A stretch of DNA of 29,910 nucleotides from a bacterium (lineage in GTDB: Bacteria > Hydrothermota > Tepidihabitantia > Tepidihabitantales > Tepidihabitantaceae): NCBI GenBank assembly GCA_046485285.1, contig JAWOHE010000060.1, positions 1 to 29,910 of the forward strand. Reading direction: 5' to 3'. Positions 1-8,639 of this stretch are shown here, in pieces. The notes beneath the pieces are model-generated. The model did no database searches and was not told the origin of the DNA. It worked only from the letters and a program-made list of their open reading frames with translations. Position 1 is the first letter of the stretch. Every line of letters begins with the position of its first letter. The translations under genes and the position numbers were made by a program.

Positions 1-1808
1 TCGCACGCCGCACGGTACCACTTCTCGTAGTCGAGCCCGAGGTCGTCGTCGACCAGCAGCACCCGCGGGTCGCCCGACTGGACCGTGAAGTTGGTGTCCG
101 GGTAGGCCGGGTCCGGCTCCGCGCTCACCGTCAGCAGAAACTTCTGCATCTGCGGCGGCGAGTTCGCCGGCACCCGCACCACGAAGCTGTCCCCCGAGCA
201 GTTGCCGCTCCCGCCCGCCGGGATCGCCGGGAACCCGGCCGTCGACTTGAGTAGCTGGACCTCCGGGTCCCGGCAGGCAAGCGTCGCCGTCACCCCGGTC
301 GCGTTCTGCCAGCCCGCCGTGTTCGCGTAGGTCACGATCAGCGAGGCCGTCTCGCCCGGGTCCGGCCGGCCGTTGTTGTTGCCACTGGCGTCGTTCCAGC
401 GCACCCCGGTCAGCGTCAGGTTGCAGTAGTACAGCGGCAGCACCACGTTCGCCATCGACACCCGGCCCGCCCCGAGATTGCCCTGCGGGAAGAGCGGGTC
501 CGGCATCGTGTCGCAGGTCGCATACATCAGGCTGCAGCACTGGGCATTGGTGTAGTCCGGGTATAGCGACTTGATCCAGGCCAGCACGCCGGCGATGAGC
601 GGGGTTGACATCGAGGTGCCGTCCATCGAGCCGTAGCGGTGGCCGGTGATGGTCGAGTAGATGCCAGAGCCGGGGGCGGTTATCTCGATCCAGTCGCCGT
701 AGTTCGACCAGGAGGTCTTGGTGTCGTTGGGGCCGGAGGCCGCGACCGAGATGACGCTCGGGTAGTTGGCCGGGTAGAAGATGCGGTTCTGGCCGTCGTT
801 GCCGGCTCCGCCGATGAGCACGCAGCCGGAGTCCCAGGCGTATTGGCAGGCGTCGGCCAGCGGCTGGTAGGGGCTGTAGCCGCCGAAAGACATCGAGATG
901 GCAAAGACGCCCTTGGGGACGGAGTAGTAGATGCCGGCAATCGCGGCATAGAGGCTGATGCCGCCGCCGCCGCCGCAGCGGAAGCCGAAACTGCGGGCGT
1001 TCCAGGGCGGGGCGGCGACGCCGATTGAGTTGTTGGTAACCGCGTTGGCGGTGCCCCAGCAGTGGGTGCCGTGGTCGTCGGAGAGCTGGCCCGGGTCGGG
1101 GTTCGGGTCGCCGTAGGCGAAGTCGAAGCCGATGACGTCGTCGGCGTAGCCGTTGCCGTCCTGGTCGATGCCGTCGATGTCGCCGTCCGGCCAGGGCAGG
1201 CTGTCGAAGCGGCCGTTGCCGTTGCGGTCCTCGGGGTGGTTGATCCAGAGGTTGGGTTCGATGTCGGGGTGGTGCCATTCACAGCCGTCGTCGAGAACGG
1301 CGATGAGCACCGTCGTGTCGCCCCGGGCGACGTCCCAGCCCCAGGGCGCGCCGATACGCGCGAGGTGCCACTGCACGCGGTAGAGGGTGTCGTCCGGATG
1401 GCGGGTGAAGCGCAGGAACGCGTTGGGCACCGCGGAGGCGACCTCGGGCAGGCCGGCGTAGGCGGCAGTCAGCTCGCCGACGTCGACGCCCGGGCCGGCC
1501 TCGATGAGGTACTGGAGGTCGCAGTTGTGTTTCTCAGCCACCGCGTCGGCCGGCCGGCGCATAAGCGGGGTGATTCCGGTGACCCCGAACCGGCGATTGA
1601 GCCGGTCGAGCGATTCGACGCCGAACCTCGCGGCCGGGAGGTCGTCGGCGATGTCCAGTCGGCCCCTCAGGCCGGGCGCGAGCGTGACGATGGCCTGGCC
1701 GGGCAGGCACTCGGTGCCGTCCGCGAGCAGGACGGGCGGCCGCGCGAGGTCCGGCCAGGCAGTGGAGAATGAGGCCAGCACGAACAAGGCGAAAACGATC
1801 CGATTCAT
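1..1808 (-). CDS. S8 (subtilisin-like) serine peptidase, secreted; 3' end runs off the window
   Basis: Not in the ORF track; translated by hand. ATG at 1808 with AGGAGG RBS and signal peptide MNRIVFALFVLASFSTA. Catalytic motifs VLIAVLDDG (Asp), DDHGTHCWG (His) and MDGTSMSTP (Ser). Ca-binding-like insert DGIDQDGNGYADDVIGFDF. Confidence 0.92.
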   Translation of the reverse strand, partial: MNRIVFALFVLASFSTAWPDLARPPVLLADGTECLPGQAIVTLAPGLRGRLDIADDLPAARFGVESLDRLNRRFGVTGITPLMRRPADAVAEKHNCDLQYLIEAGPGVDVGELTAAYAGLPEVASAVPNAFLRFTRHPDDTLYRVQWHLARIGAPWGWDVARGDTTVLIAVLDDGCEWHHPDIEPNLWINHPEDRNGNGRFDSLPWPDGDIDGIDQDGNGYADDVIGFDFAYGDPNPDPGQLSDDHGTHCWGTANAVTNNSIGVAAPPWNARSFGFRCGGGGGISLYAAIAGIYYSVPKGVFAISMSFGGYSPYQPLADACQYAWDSGCVLIGGAGNDGQNRIFYPANYPSVISVAASGPNDTKTSWSNYGDWIEITAPGSGIYSTITGHRYGSMDGTSMSTPLIAGVLAWIKSLYPDYTNAQCCSLMYATCDTMPDPLFPQGNLGAGRVSMANVVLPLYYCNLTLTGVRWNDASGNNNGRPDPGETASLIVTYANTAGWQNATGVTATLACRDPEVQLLKSTAGFPAIPAGGSGNCSGDSFVVRVPANSPPQMQKFLLTVSAEPDPAYPDTNFTVQSGDPRVLLVDDDLGLDYEKWYRAAC

Positions 1809-1850
1809 CAGTCCTCCTGTGGGCTTGACCCGGGGGTCTTTGCGAAGGAT

Positions 1851-1878
1851 AGTATCAGTCGAGTGCGGCCAAAGTCAA
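1851..1878 (-). promoter_or_regulatory. possible sigma70-type promoter for the S8 gene
   Basis: TTGACT-N16-GATACT (or N18-TACTAT) upstream of the RBS. Confidence 0.4.
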
Positions 1879-1922
1879 ACGGCGAGACCGATGAGGCCAG
1901 GCCCGGAGTCGGCGCCGGGCAA

Positions 1923-1950
1923 GACAACCCTGCCGGTCCGGCCGCGTCTA
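1923..1950 (+). promoter_or_regulatory. ECF-type (probably autoregulatory) promoter
   Basis: GACAAC-N16-CGTCTA matches the typical ECF AAC...CGT architecture and lies directly upstream of the ECF sigma gene. Confidence 0.6.
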
Positions 1951-1967
1951 AGCCTTCAGAGAACCAG

Positions 1968-2498
1968 TTGAATGGTGTTATCAGCAGTGACCAGGCTCCC
2001 GCGACTGCCGCGCCAAGCGATGACTTCGAGAGGATCTACCTCGAGCATCGCGCGCGGGTGTTCTCGACTGCGTACCGCTTCGTCCGGAACCGGGAGGATG
2101 CCGAGGACGTCACCCAGGATGTCTTCATCAAGGTCTACCGGAAGATGGCCGAGTTCCGCGGCGACGCCGCACTCTCGACCTGGGTCTACCGCATTACCGT
2201 CAACACGGCGCTCGACCTGCTCCGCCGGCGCAAGCGGCGCCAGGCGGTCTCGCTGGATGAGGTCAGCGAGCCGAGCGCCGGGCCGTCGAACCTCAAGAAC
2301 CTCATCGAGAGCATGATACCGACATTGCCCGAGGGTTACCGGAAGGTCTTCGTGCTGCACGACATCGAGGGCCTGAAGCATAACGAGATAGCGGAGATAC
2401 TCGGGATAACCGAGGGCGCGAGCAAGTCCCAGCTGCACCGGGCGCGCGCTTCGCTGCGAAAGGCGCTGTCGCCCTACCTGAGGAAGAGGCTGGGGTGA
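1968..2498 (+). CDS. ECF family RNA polymerase sigma factor
   Basis: Region 2 motifs DAEDVTQDVFIK and FRGDAALSTWVYRITVN; region 4 EIAEILGITEGASKSQLHRAR. Start moved from GTG 1863 to in-frame TTG 1968, downstream of the ECF promoter (start uncertain). Confidence 0.93.
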   Translation: MNGVISSDQAPATAAPSDDFERIYLEHRARVFSTAYRFVRNREDAEDVTQDVFIKVYRKMAEFRGDAALSTWVYRITVNTALDLLRRRKRRQAVSLDEVSEPSAGPSNLKNLIESMIPTLPEGYRKVFVLHDIEGLKHNEIAEILGITEGASKSQLHRARASLRKALSPYLRKRLG

Positions 2499-2523
2499 TG
2501 ACGCGCCGCGAAAGGAGCACGAC

Positions 2524-3066
2524 ACGAACCATTACAGTGATGAGATTCTGAGTGCGTTCCTGGACCGTGACCTCGACGAGAACAGCCTGGACGAAGTGGA
2601 GGTCCACGTCCGCGAGTGCGCTGATTGCCGCGAGGCGCTCGCCGAGCTGGGCCTGCTCAGTCAGGCCTCGGCAGGGCTTGAGCGGCTGGAGCCGTCGCAG
2701 GCGACCTGGCATTCAATCCGGGCGCGGGTCGAGCGTCCACCGGCCCGCCGGTTCCGGCGCTGGGTCTGGGCGGGCGCGGCCGCGGCGGCCGCCCTGCTCG
2801 TGGTTGCGGTCGCCGGGCGGACAATCTCCGACCGGCGAGCCCTGTCACTGCCCCACGCGGGCGACCTGCCGCGGACCCGCGAGTCCGCCGGCGCCGAACT
2901 CGCGGCGCACTACCGGGACTATGTCGCCGGCGTCGACATCGCGCTGTCGGAGATCGAAACCGCGCTGGCCGAGAACCCGAGCAACCCGCGCGTCCGGATG
3001 GCGTACATCGAGGCGCGGACGGCCCGGGTGCGGGCGGTCGACCAGCTCTGCATCGGGGGCGACTAG
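2524..3066 (+). CDS. zf-HC2 (ZAS) anti-sigma factor with one TM helix
   Basis: HYSDEILSAFLDRDL...VHVRECADCR (HxxxCxxC) and TM WVWAGAAAAAALLVVAVAG. The N-terminus extends upstream of GTG 2596 to an ACG at 2524 behind AAGGAG. Confidence 0.85.
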   Translation, partial: TNHYSDEILSAFLDRDLDENSLDEVEVHVRECADCREALAELGLLSQASAGLERLEPSQATWHSIRARVERPPARRFRRWVWAGAAAAAALLVVAVAGRTISDRRALSLPHAGDLPRTRESAGAELAAHYRDYVAGVDIALSEIETALAENPSNPRVRMAYIEARTARVRAVDQLCIGGD

Positions 3067-4061
3067 TGCGGACACTGCTGCTGCTGTCTGTCCTCGCCGC
3101 GTCCGGCCCGGCGGCGCCGACCGCTCGCACTATCGAGGCCCGGGAGCCGTGCCCGGCCGGCAGTGTCGTCCGGCTGGCTCACCGCTACGGGAACATCGTC
3201 GCACGGCCGGTCCCGGGCGACACGCTGCAGGTCGCCGCGTCGGCGCGGGTGGACGGCAGGGACAGCCGCCAGGTCGGGGAATTCCTGGCGGCAATCGAGC
3301 TGAGCGTCGCGCGCTGGGCGGACACGGTCTTCGTGGCGGTTCTCTACCCGGAGCTGGTCGAGCCGTCCCGCGACTTCAGCTACGAGGTCGACCTGCGGCT
3401 CGGGGTTCCGGACGGGGTCCGGCTCGACGCCGCCGGCTCGTTCGGCGACATCGAACTCCACGGCATCACCGGCGGGAGCAGCGTTTCCAACCGCTACGGC
3501 AACGCCAGCTTCCGCGCATGTCGCGACGTTGACGTCGCGGTGAAGCACGGGGACGTGCGGGTCGAGGCGAACACGGGCCGGCTCGGCATCAACTGCACCT
3601 ACGGCAACGTGTTCCTCGACGCGGTGGCGGACAGGGTGGATGTCGACAGCCGCTACGGCGACGTGACCGGTCAGCAGCTCGCCGGCGACGTGACGATAAA
3701 CAACGTCCTCGGGAGCATCGAGACCGCGGGCGGGCAGGGTCGATGGCGGCTGGTCAGTCGCTGCGGCCGGGTCGCGGCCCGGCTCGACGATTCGGCGCTC
3801 GCGCGGCTCGACGTCGTGGCCCAGCTCGCGCGGGTGCGCCTGCTGATGCCGCAGGTTCTGCCGTTCCGCATCGAGGGTCGGACCGAGTCCGGCGAGATCG
3901 GAACCGCCTTCCCGTTCCAGACCCGGCTCGCGGGCGACCAGCATCACCTTTCGGGGACGCGCGGCCGCGGCGGGCCGAGGATAGCATTCACCGGCGCCTG
4001 GTCGGACTTCTCGATCGAGCCGGACTCGACCGGGCGGCCGGCGACAGACGAAGGGAGGTAA
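3066..4061 (+). CDS. DUF4097/adhesin-like beta-strand repeat protein, secreted
   Basis: Signal peptide; repeated (S/Y)GD(I/V)x(V/L) beta units (SFGDIEL, RYGNASF, KHGDVRV, TYGNVFL, RYGDVTG); GTG start overlaps the upstream TAG. Confidence 0.75.
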   Translation: MRTLLLLSVLAASGPAAPTARTIEAREPCPAGSVVRLAHRYGNIVARPVPGDTLQVAASARVDGRDSRQVGEFLAAIELSVARWADTVFVAVLYPELVEPSRDFSYEVDLRLGVPDGVRLDAAGSFGDIELHGITGGSSVSNRYGNASFRACRDVDVAVKHGDVRVEANTGRLGINCTYGNVFLDAVADRVDVDSRYGDVTGQQLAGDVTINNVLGSIETAGGQGRWRLVSRCGRVAARLDDSALARLDVVAQLARVRLLMPQVLPFRIEGRTESGEIGTAFPFQTRLAGDQHHLSGTRGRGGPRIAFTGAWSDFSIEPDSTGRPATDEGR

Positions 4062-4067
4062 CGACCG

Positions 4068-4703
4068 ATGAAGTTCAAGGTGTTGCTGGCGGCGATCGCG
4101 GTGCTGGCCGTTGCGGGGATTGCCGCCCCAACCGAGCCGGGCACGGGCGATGCCGAGGCGCGGATGGGCTGGCTTGGTGTCTTCTCCGAGACCCCGAGCG
4201 AGGCGACGAAGGCCGCGCTCGGCATCGAGGGCGGCGTCATCGTGGCGGACGTCCTCGAGGGCTCGCCCGCCGCATCGGCCGGGCTGCGTAAGGGCGACGT
4301 CATTACCGGTCTTGACGGGGTCAGGATTGCCAGCGGTTCCGACCTGCGGCACGCCGTGCGCGCGCGGCCGGACCGGAAGATCAAGGTTGAGGTCCAGCGT
4401 CAGGGCAGTAAGGTGGCGATTCCGGTCGAGCTTGGCGCGCGGGATGACGACTTTCCCTTGCTGGGGGGCGGTGACTGGACCGGCATCCCGGGAGACGCGA
4501 TGCGGATGGCCATGCGGGCTCTCCAGCGGTCGGGCGGCGACTCGGACAGGGTTCGGGTCAAGATCCGCGGGATCGACGAGGAGCTCAAAGCCTTGGACGA
4601 ACTGCGCGAGCAACTCGAGGATTTGAAGGAGGACCTGAAGGAAGAGATCGACGACCTGCGCGAGGAACTCCGCGAGCGGCTTAGGGAATCGGGTCGGAAC
4701 TAG
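4068..4703 (+). CDS. secreted PDZ-domain protein with C-terminal coiled coil
   Basis: GWLGV...GVIVADVLEGSPAASAGLRKGDVITGLDG PDZ signature; GGAGG RBS; acidic heptad-like tail; no protease domain. Confidence 0.85.
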   Translation: MKFKVLLAAIAVLAVAGIAAPTEPGTGDAEARMGWLGVFSETPSEATKAALGIEGGVIVADVLEGSPAASAGLRKGDVITGLDGVRIASGSDLRHAVRARPDRKIKVEVQRQGSKVAIPVELGARDDDFPLLGGGDWTGIPGDAMRMAMRALQRSGGDSDRVRVKIRGIDEELKALDELREQLEDLKEDLKEEIDDLREELRERLRESGRN

Positions 4704-4709
4704 TCGATT

Positions 4710-4756
4710 CGGAACGGGCGCGGGCGGGGCGTTCGCCCCGCCCGCGCCCGTTTCCG
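4710..4756. terminator. long GC hairpin between convergent genes (probable bidirectional terminator)
   Basis: GGAACGGGCGCGGGCGGGGC-GTTC-GCCCCGCCCGCGCCCGTTTCC. Confidence 0.75.
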
Positions 4757-4774
4757 GACCGGACTGTCAGGTCG

Positions 4775-5011
4775 CTAGACGAAGCTGATGATAAGACCGC
4801 CCGCACAGCTCGTGCAGGCGATGACCCGGCCTGTTTCCATCCCGCTGCAACCGTCGGGCGCACCGGTCGGGCAGGTTCGGGTTGCCGGGTGACCGGTGGG
4901 TTTCGGCGGCTCGACTTCGGAGTGGAGCCCGGTCGTGCAGGTGTACTCGACGTAGGTCGTGTCGTACCTGCCGCAGGTCGGGCATAACAGCTTAGGAACA
5001 AGCGGTGGCAT
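4775..5011 (-). CDS. small Cys-rich putative Zn-binding protein (78 aa), paralog B
   Basis: AAGGAGG RBS before ATG 5011; CPTC, CTTGLH, CP..GC and CTSC motifs; aligns with the adjacent 5037-5252 ORF. Confidence 0.75.
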   Translation of the reverse strand: MPPLVPKLLCPTCGRYDTTYVEYTCTTGLHSEVEPPKPTGHPATRTCPTGAPDGCSGMETGRVIACTSCAGGLIISFV

Positions 5012-5036
5012 CTCTACCTCCTTGAGTTGCGGACAG

Positions 5037-5252
5037 TCAGCAGGCTTCGCAGTGGATGACCTTGCCCGTTTCGGTTCCATTGCAGCCGGCATCCGGACAG
5101 GGACGCGTCACCGGATGGCCGGCAGGGTTCGGAGGCTCCCTGTGGTGATGAGAGCAGGCGGTGCAGGTATATTCGACGGTGACCGTGTCGAAATGTCCGC
5201 AGTTCGGGCAGGTGAGCAGGCCGTCACCGTTCGCGCTTGTGCCGTCTGGCAT
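5037..5252 (-). CDS. small Cys-rich putative Zn-binding protein (71 aa), paralog A
   Basis: AGGAGG RBS; 8 Cys in CPNC, CTAC, CPDAGC and CEAC; paralogous to 4775-5011. Confidence 0.78.
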   Translation of the reverse strand: MPDGTSANGDGLLTCPNCGHFDTVTVEYTCTACSHHHREPPNPAGHPVTRPCPDAGCNGTETGKVIHCEAC

Positions 5253-5417
5253 ACTACCTCCTCTTGTTACGGGCCCGTTACAGTCCGGGACTGACGGGCG
5301 GGTCCCGACCCGACGAGCCCAGACAACCGTACAATAGTGGTATCAGATCGTGGCCGTTTGTCAAGTCCGACTTTGCCCCGGAGCCGGTCTGGCCTCGGAG
5401 CGGCAGCGACGACGACA

Positions 5418-5446
5418 TTGACACGGGCGGAGACCGGCACTATCCT
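5418..5446 (+). promoter_or_regulatory. sigma70-type promoter for the bEBP gene
   Basis: TTGACA-N17-TATCCT, 12 nt before ATG 5459. Confidence 0.65.
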
Positions 5447-5458
5447 CGCTTGAACGAG

Positions 5459-8152
5459 ATGGCAGGACCAACGCCGGCAGAGAGCGTCGCCGCATTCCTG
5501 GGCAGGCTGGCCGACATGGCCGACACCGGGTTGCGGCTGACGGCGATGTTCGAGTTCACCGATGACCTCTGGCTGAAGCACCCGGCCGAGGCGCGGGGTG
5601 TCCTCGAGCGGCTCCTCGAGGAGGCCGAAGGTTCGGGCGACGTCGGAATGGTCGCCCGGTCGGCGAACCGCCTCGCGGAGATATGCCGGCTGAACGGCGA
5701 GCTCGACCGGGCGGACCGGCTCGCCCGGCAGGCCCGCGACGCAGGACAGGCAACGGGAGAGCACTGCCACGAAGCCGCCGCCTGGAACACAACCGGGCTC
5801 ATCCACTACGACCGGGCCGAGTACGCCCAGGCACAGGCGTGCTATGAGCGGTGCCTCGATCTCAGCCGGACCGCGGGATACGCGGAGGGCGAGCTTGCGG
5901 CGCTCAACCAGCTCGGGATACTGATGGGATTCCAGGGTCGAATTGCCGAGGCATTGGACTGCTATGAGCGCTGCCTGGTGATCGACGTCGAGCGTGGCTC
6001 GCGCTACGGGGAGGTCGTCAGTCGGATCAACGTCGGCTGGATGCTCGAGCAGCTTGGTCGCTGGGAGGACGCGGCCGAGCATTTCTACCGCGCGATCGCA
6101 ATCAGCGAGCAGGAGGGGTTCGATGACTGGCGCCTGACCGCGTCCTGCAACCTCGGCGAACTCTTCTTCAAGCGCCGGCGCCTGGAACAGGCGACCGCGC
6201 TCTTCAACTCGGTCATCAAGGTCGAGCGGCGGCGCGACCAGCCGCGGGCGATGCTCGGCATCGCGCTGACTCATCTCGGGCAGGCGGTGGCGGCGAATGG
6301 CGATTACGGCGCGGCCGCGGCCAGCTACGCCGAGGCGGTGAGGATCTTCGAGTCCTGCTCGAACCTGTATGATCTCGTCCGCGTGCTGTGGATGAGCGCC
6401 GAGCTGGCACTCGACACAGGCCGACTGGCGGACGCGGATGAGCTCATCGGGCGTGCTGCCGGGCTCGCTGCCGAGCAGAAGCTCCGGCGCGAGCTGGGCG
6501 AGGTGCTGAGGGTACGCGGCCTGCTGTTTGCCGAGCGAGGCGACGGCGAAACGGCCAAGGACTGCTTTGAGCGCGCGATCGGCGAGCTGGCCGAGACCCC
6601 GGAGAGCTACGAGATGGCCCGGGTCTGTCTTCAGTTCGGACGCTGTCTCATCCGGGGCGGCGAAGTGGTCCGGGCGCGGGCACTGCTGAGGCAGGCGGCC
6701 GGGACGTTCCGGCGGCTGTCGGTCGTCGCCGAGTCCGAGCAGGCCAACCGCCTGCTGTTCGAGCTTGACGTGCCTGAGCGAGGCGAGCACGCGGTGCTGG
6801 CCGGGCTGCGTGGGCTCGAACGGGTCGGCCTTGAGCCGGCGGCCCTTATCAGCGAGGCTCTCCGGCTGGTTTGCGCCGGGCTCGGTTGTGCAGGCGGCGC
6901 GCTGGTCCACGATGGGCGGACCGTGCAGACACATGGTCGCGTAGATTCGCGGGCTGCGGGTCGGGCTGCCGCGGATCAGCAGGCGGGCGCGTCCACCCGG
7001 GCGCTGTGCCTGCCATTGGGCAAGCCCGGGTCGAGCTGGCTCTACTTCGAGTGGCCGAACCAGTCTGATATCACGGTCGGTTCGGAAACCCTGGCGGGCA
7101 TAGCCCGTTTGCTGGTCGAGCCGGCGCGGAGGCTGGTCGAGCTGCGGCCCGGGCCGGCGGCCGAGGAGCGATTCGCCGGGCTCGTGTACCAGGGCGTGAC
7201 CGGCCGCTGCGAATCGGTGCTCCAGACCCTGGAGGTCGTCGCGCGGATAGCCCGAACGCCGATGCCGGTCTTTGTGAGGGGCGAGAGCGGCACCGGTAAG
7301 GAGCTGATTGCCCGGGCCATTCACGACTCAAGCGACCGCCGCGCCGGGCCCTTCATGGCGGTCAACTGCGCGGCGGTGCCCGAGGGGCTGCTCGAGGCCG
7401 AATTCTTCGGCGTGACCAAGGGCGCTGCGACCGGCGTCGCCGCACGGCGCGGCAAGTTCGAGCAGGCGAACCGCGGCACCGTCTTCCTCGACGAGATCGG
7501 CGACATGAGCGTTGGCCTTCAGGCCAAGCTCCTCCGGGTCCTCCAGGAAGGGGCGTTCGAGCCGGTCGGGGGCGGACGGACAATCAGCGTGGACGTGCGG
7601 GTCGTCGCCGCCACCAATCAGCCAGTGGATCAGCTCATCCACGACGGACGGTTTCGGGCCGACCTGTACTACCGGCTCAACGCGGTGGAAATCGTGTTGC
7701 CGCCGCTCAGGGAGCGTCGCGAGGACATCCCGGAGTTCGTTCGGCACTTCATCAAGCGGGGCAACCAGGAGTTCGGACGCGACATCCAGGGAGTTGAAGA
7801 CGAAGTCCTGGACCTGATGCTGGCGTATGACTGGCCGGGCAACATCCGGGAGCTTCAGCACGTGGTCGAGCGGGCGGTCATACTCGCGCGGGAATTCCTG
7901 CTCAGGGCCGACGACCTGCCGCCGCAGCTTCGTCCGGCAGTCCCGGCCGGTAAGTCAGACGCGAAGGGGCGCATCCGCGAGTTCCGGAAGGTCGCCCGGG
8001 CAAAGGGAGCGGCCGACACCGAGAAGGCGCTACTCCTGGACTGCCTCGAAAAGACCGACTGGAATGTCAGCGCTGCGGCCCGGAAGGCAGGATACAGCCG
8101 GGCCCAGTTCTACCGACTGATGACAGAGCACAGGCTCACGCGTCCTGACTAG
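5459..8152 (+). CDS. sigma54-interacting transcriptional regulator (bEBP): N-terminal TPR repeats, AAA+ domain, Fis-type HTH
   Basis: Walker A GESGTGKE, AVNCAA, GAFTGA-position variant GAATGV, Walker B FLDEIG, RFRADLYYRL, WPGNIREL, C-terminal NVSAAARKAGYSRAQFYR; about 430 aa of TPR-like helices. Start set at ATG 5459 downstream of the promoter. Confidence 0.93.
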   Translation: MAGPTPAESVAAFLGRLADMADTGLRLTAMFEFTDDLWLKHPAEARGVLERLLEEAEGSGDVGMVARSANRLAEICRLNGELDRADRLARQARDAGQATGEHCHEAAAWNTTGLIHYDRAEYAQAQACYERCLDLSRTAGYAEGELAALNQLGILMGFQGRIAEALDCYERCLVIDVERGSRYGEVVSRINVGWMLEQLGRWEDAAEHFYRAIAISEQEGFDDWRLTASCNLGELFFKRRRLEQATALFNSVIKVERRRDQPRAMLGIALTHLGQAVAANGDYGAAAASYAEAVRIFESCSNLYDLVRVLWMSAELALDTGRLADADELIGRAAGLAAEQKLRRELGEVLRVRGLLFAERGDGETAKDCFERAIGELAETPESYEMARVCLQFGRCLIRGGEVVRARALLRQAAGTFRRLSVVAESEQANRLLFELDVPERGEHAVLAGLRGLERVGLEPAALISEALRLVCAGLGCAGGALVHDGRTVQTHGRVDSRAAGRAAADQQAGASTRALCLPLGKPGSSWLYFEWPNQSDITVGSETLAGIARLLVEPARRLVELRPGPAAEERFAGLVYQGVTGRCESVLQTLEVVARIARTPMPVFVRGESGTGKELIARAIHDSSDRRAGPFMAVNCAAVPEGLLEAEFFGVTKGAATGVAARRGKFEQANRGTVFLDEIGDMSVGLQAKLLRVLQEGAFEPVGGGRTISVDVRVVAATNQPVDQLIHDGRFRADLYYRLNAVEIVLPPLRERREDIPEFVRHFIKRGNQEFGRDIQGVEDEVLDLMLAYDWPGNIRELQHVVERAVILAREFLLRADDLPPQLRPAVPAGKSDAKGRIREFRKVARAKGAADTEKALLLDCLEKTDWNVSAAARKAGYSRAQFYRLMTEHRLTRPD

Positions 8153-8172
8153 TCGGTCTCGCGCCCCACAGA

Positions 8173-8272
8173 TTGTCTCATTCGGTGCGACGACGGCAAG
8201 GGCCGTATTGACAGCAGGTTAGACCTCACGCCGTCAGTCATCGCAGGTCTGGTTGTCTCATCCGAACGCGAC
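8173..8272 (+). promoter_or_regulatory. putative upstream activator sequences (bEBP binding sites)
   Basis: Two imperfect palindromes 80 bp apart: TTGTCTCA-TTCGG-TGCGAC (8173-8191) and TTGTCTCA-TCCGAA-CGCGAC (8253-8272). Confidence 0.55.
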
Positions 8273-8317
8273 CCGGTGTTGGCGCACCGGGATGTCTTGA
8301 TGCCATAACATCTTCCA

Positions 8318-8330
8318 AATCAACACCTTG
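8318..8330 (+). promoter_or_regulatory. IHF binding site
   Basis: AATCAACACCTTG is a perfect match to WATCAANNNNTTR, located between the UAS and the -24/-12 element. Confidence 0.65.
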
Positions 8331-8347
8331 ACCAAGACAGCGGTCCG

Positions 8348-8363
8348 TGGCATCCGGTGTGCA
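8348..8363 (+). promoter_or_regulatory. sigma54 (-24/-12) promoter
   Basis: TGGCATCCGGTGTGCA: GG-N10-GC, near consensus TGGCAC-N5-TTGCW. Confidence 0.72.
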
Positions 8364-8400
8364 ATGGGTATTGCTGTTCGCAAACGCAAAAGGAGTAGTC

Positions 8401-8616
8401 ATGAAAAGCTGGATGCTGAGAGCGCTGATGCTGGTCCTCGGTTGCGGTCTGGTGCTGACCGGGGCCAGGATGCTCAAGAACGCGCAGGTCCGCAGTGACA
8501 TCGAGTGCCACGGTGTCGACCCGGCAGACGGTGCGAGGATCTACCAGCAGCGGATGGAGGACACGGACCGGCTGCTCAGGGGTGATGAAGACATTTCGGT
8601 AAGCTGGCATCGCTGA
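8401..8616 (+). CDS. small secreted or membrane-anchored peptide (71 aa), unknown function
   Basis: AAGGAG RBS, ATG 8401, signal-like N-terminus MKSWMLRALMLVLGCGLVLTGA; has its own sigma54 promoter and terminator. Confidence 0.72.
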   Translation: MKSWMLRALMLVLGCGLVLTGARMLKNAQVRSDIECHGVDPADGARIYQQRMEDTDRLLRGDEDISVSWHR

Positions 8617-8639
8617 TTCACGCAGGACGACACACAGAC

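Noticed and set aside
639-1772. Track ORFs over 639-1772, and long antisense ORFs such as 3063-4613, 5267-7324, 12111-14774, 17229-18680, 24448-26211 and 27050-28723
   Set aside because: Shadow or alternate-frame ORFs typical of high-GC DNA; they overlap genes with clear family motifs.
5037-5039. TGA after CEAC in the Cys-rich microprotein as Sec
   Set aside because: No hairpin at +11, the next gene's RBS follows at once, and the paralog has Ala at that position.
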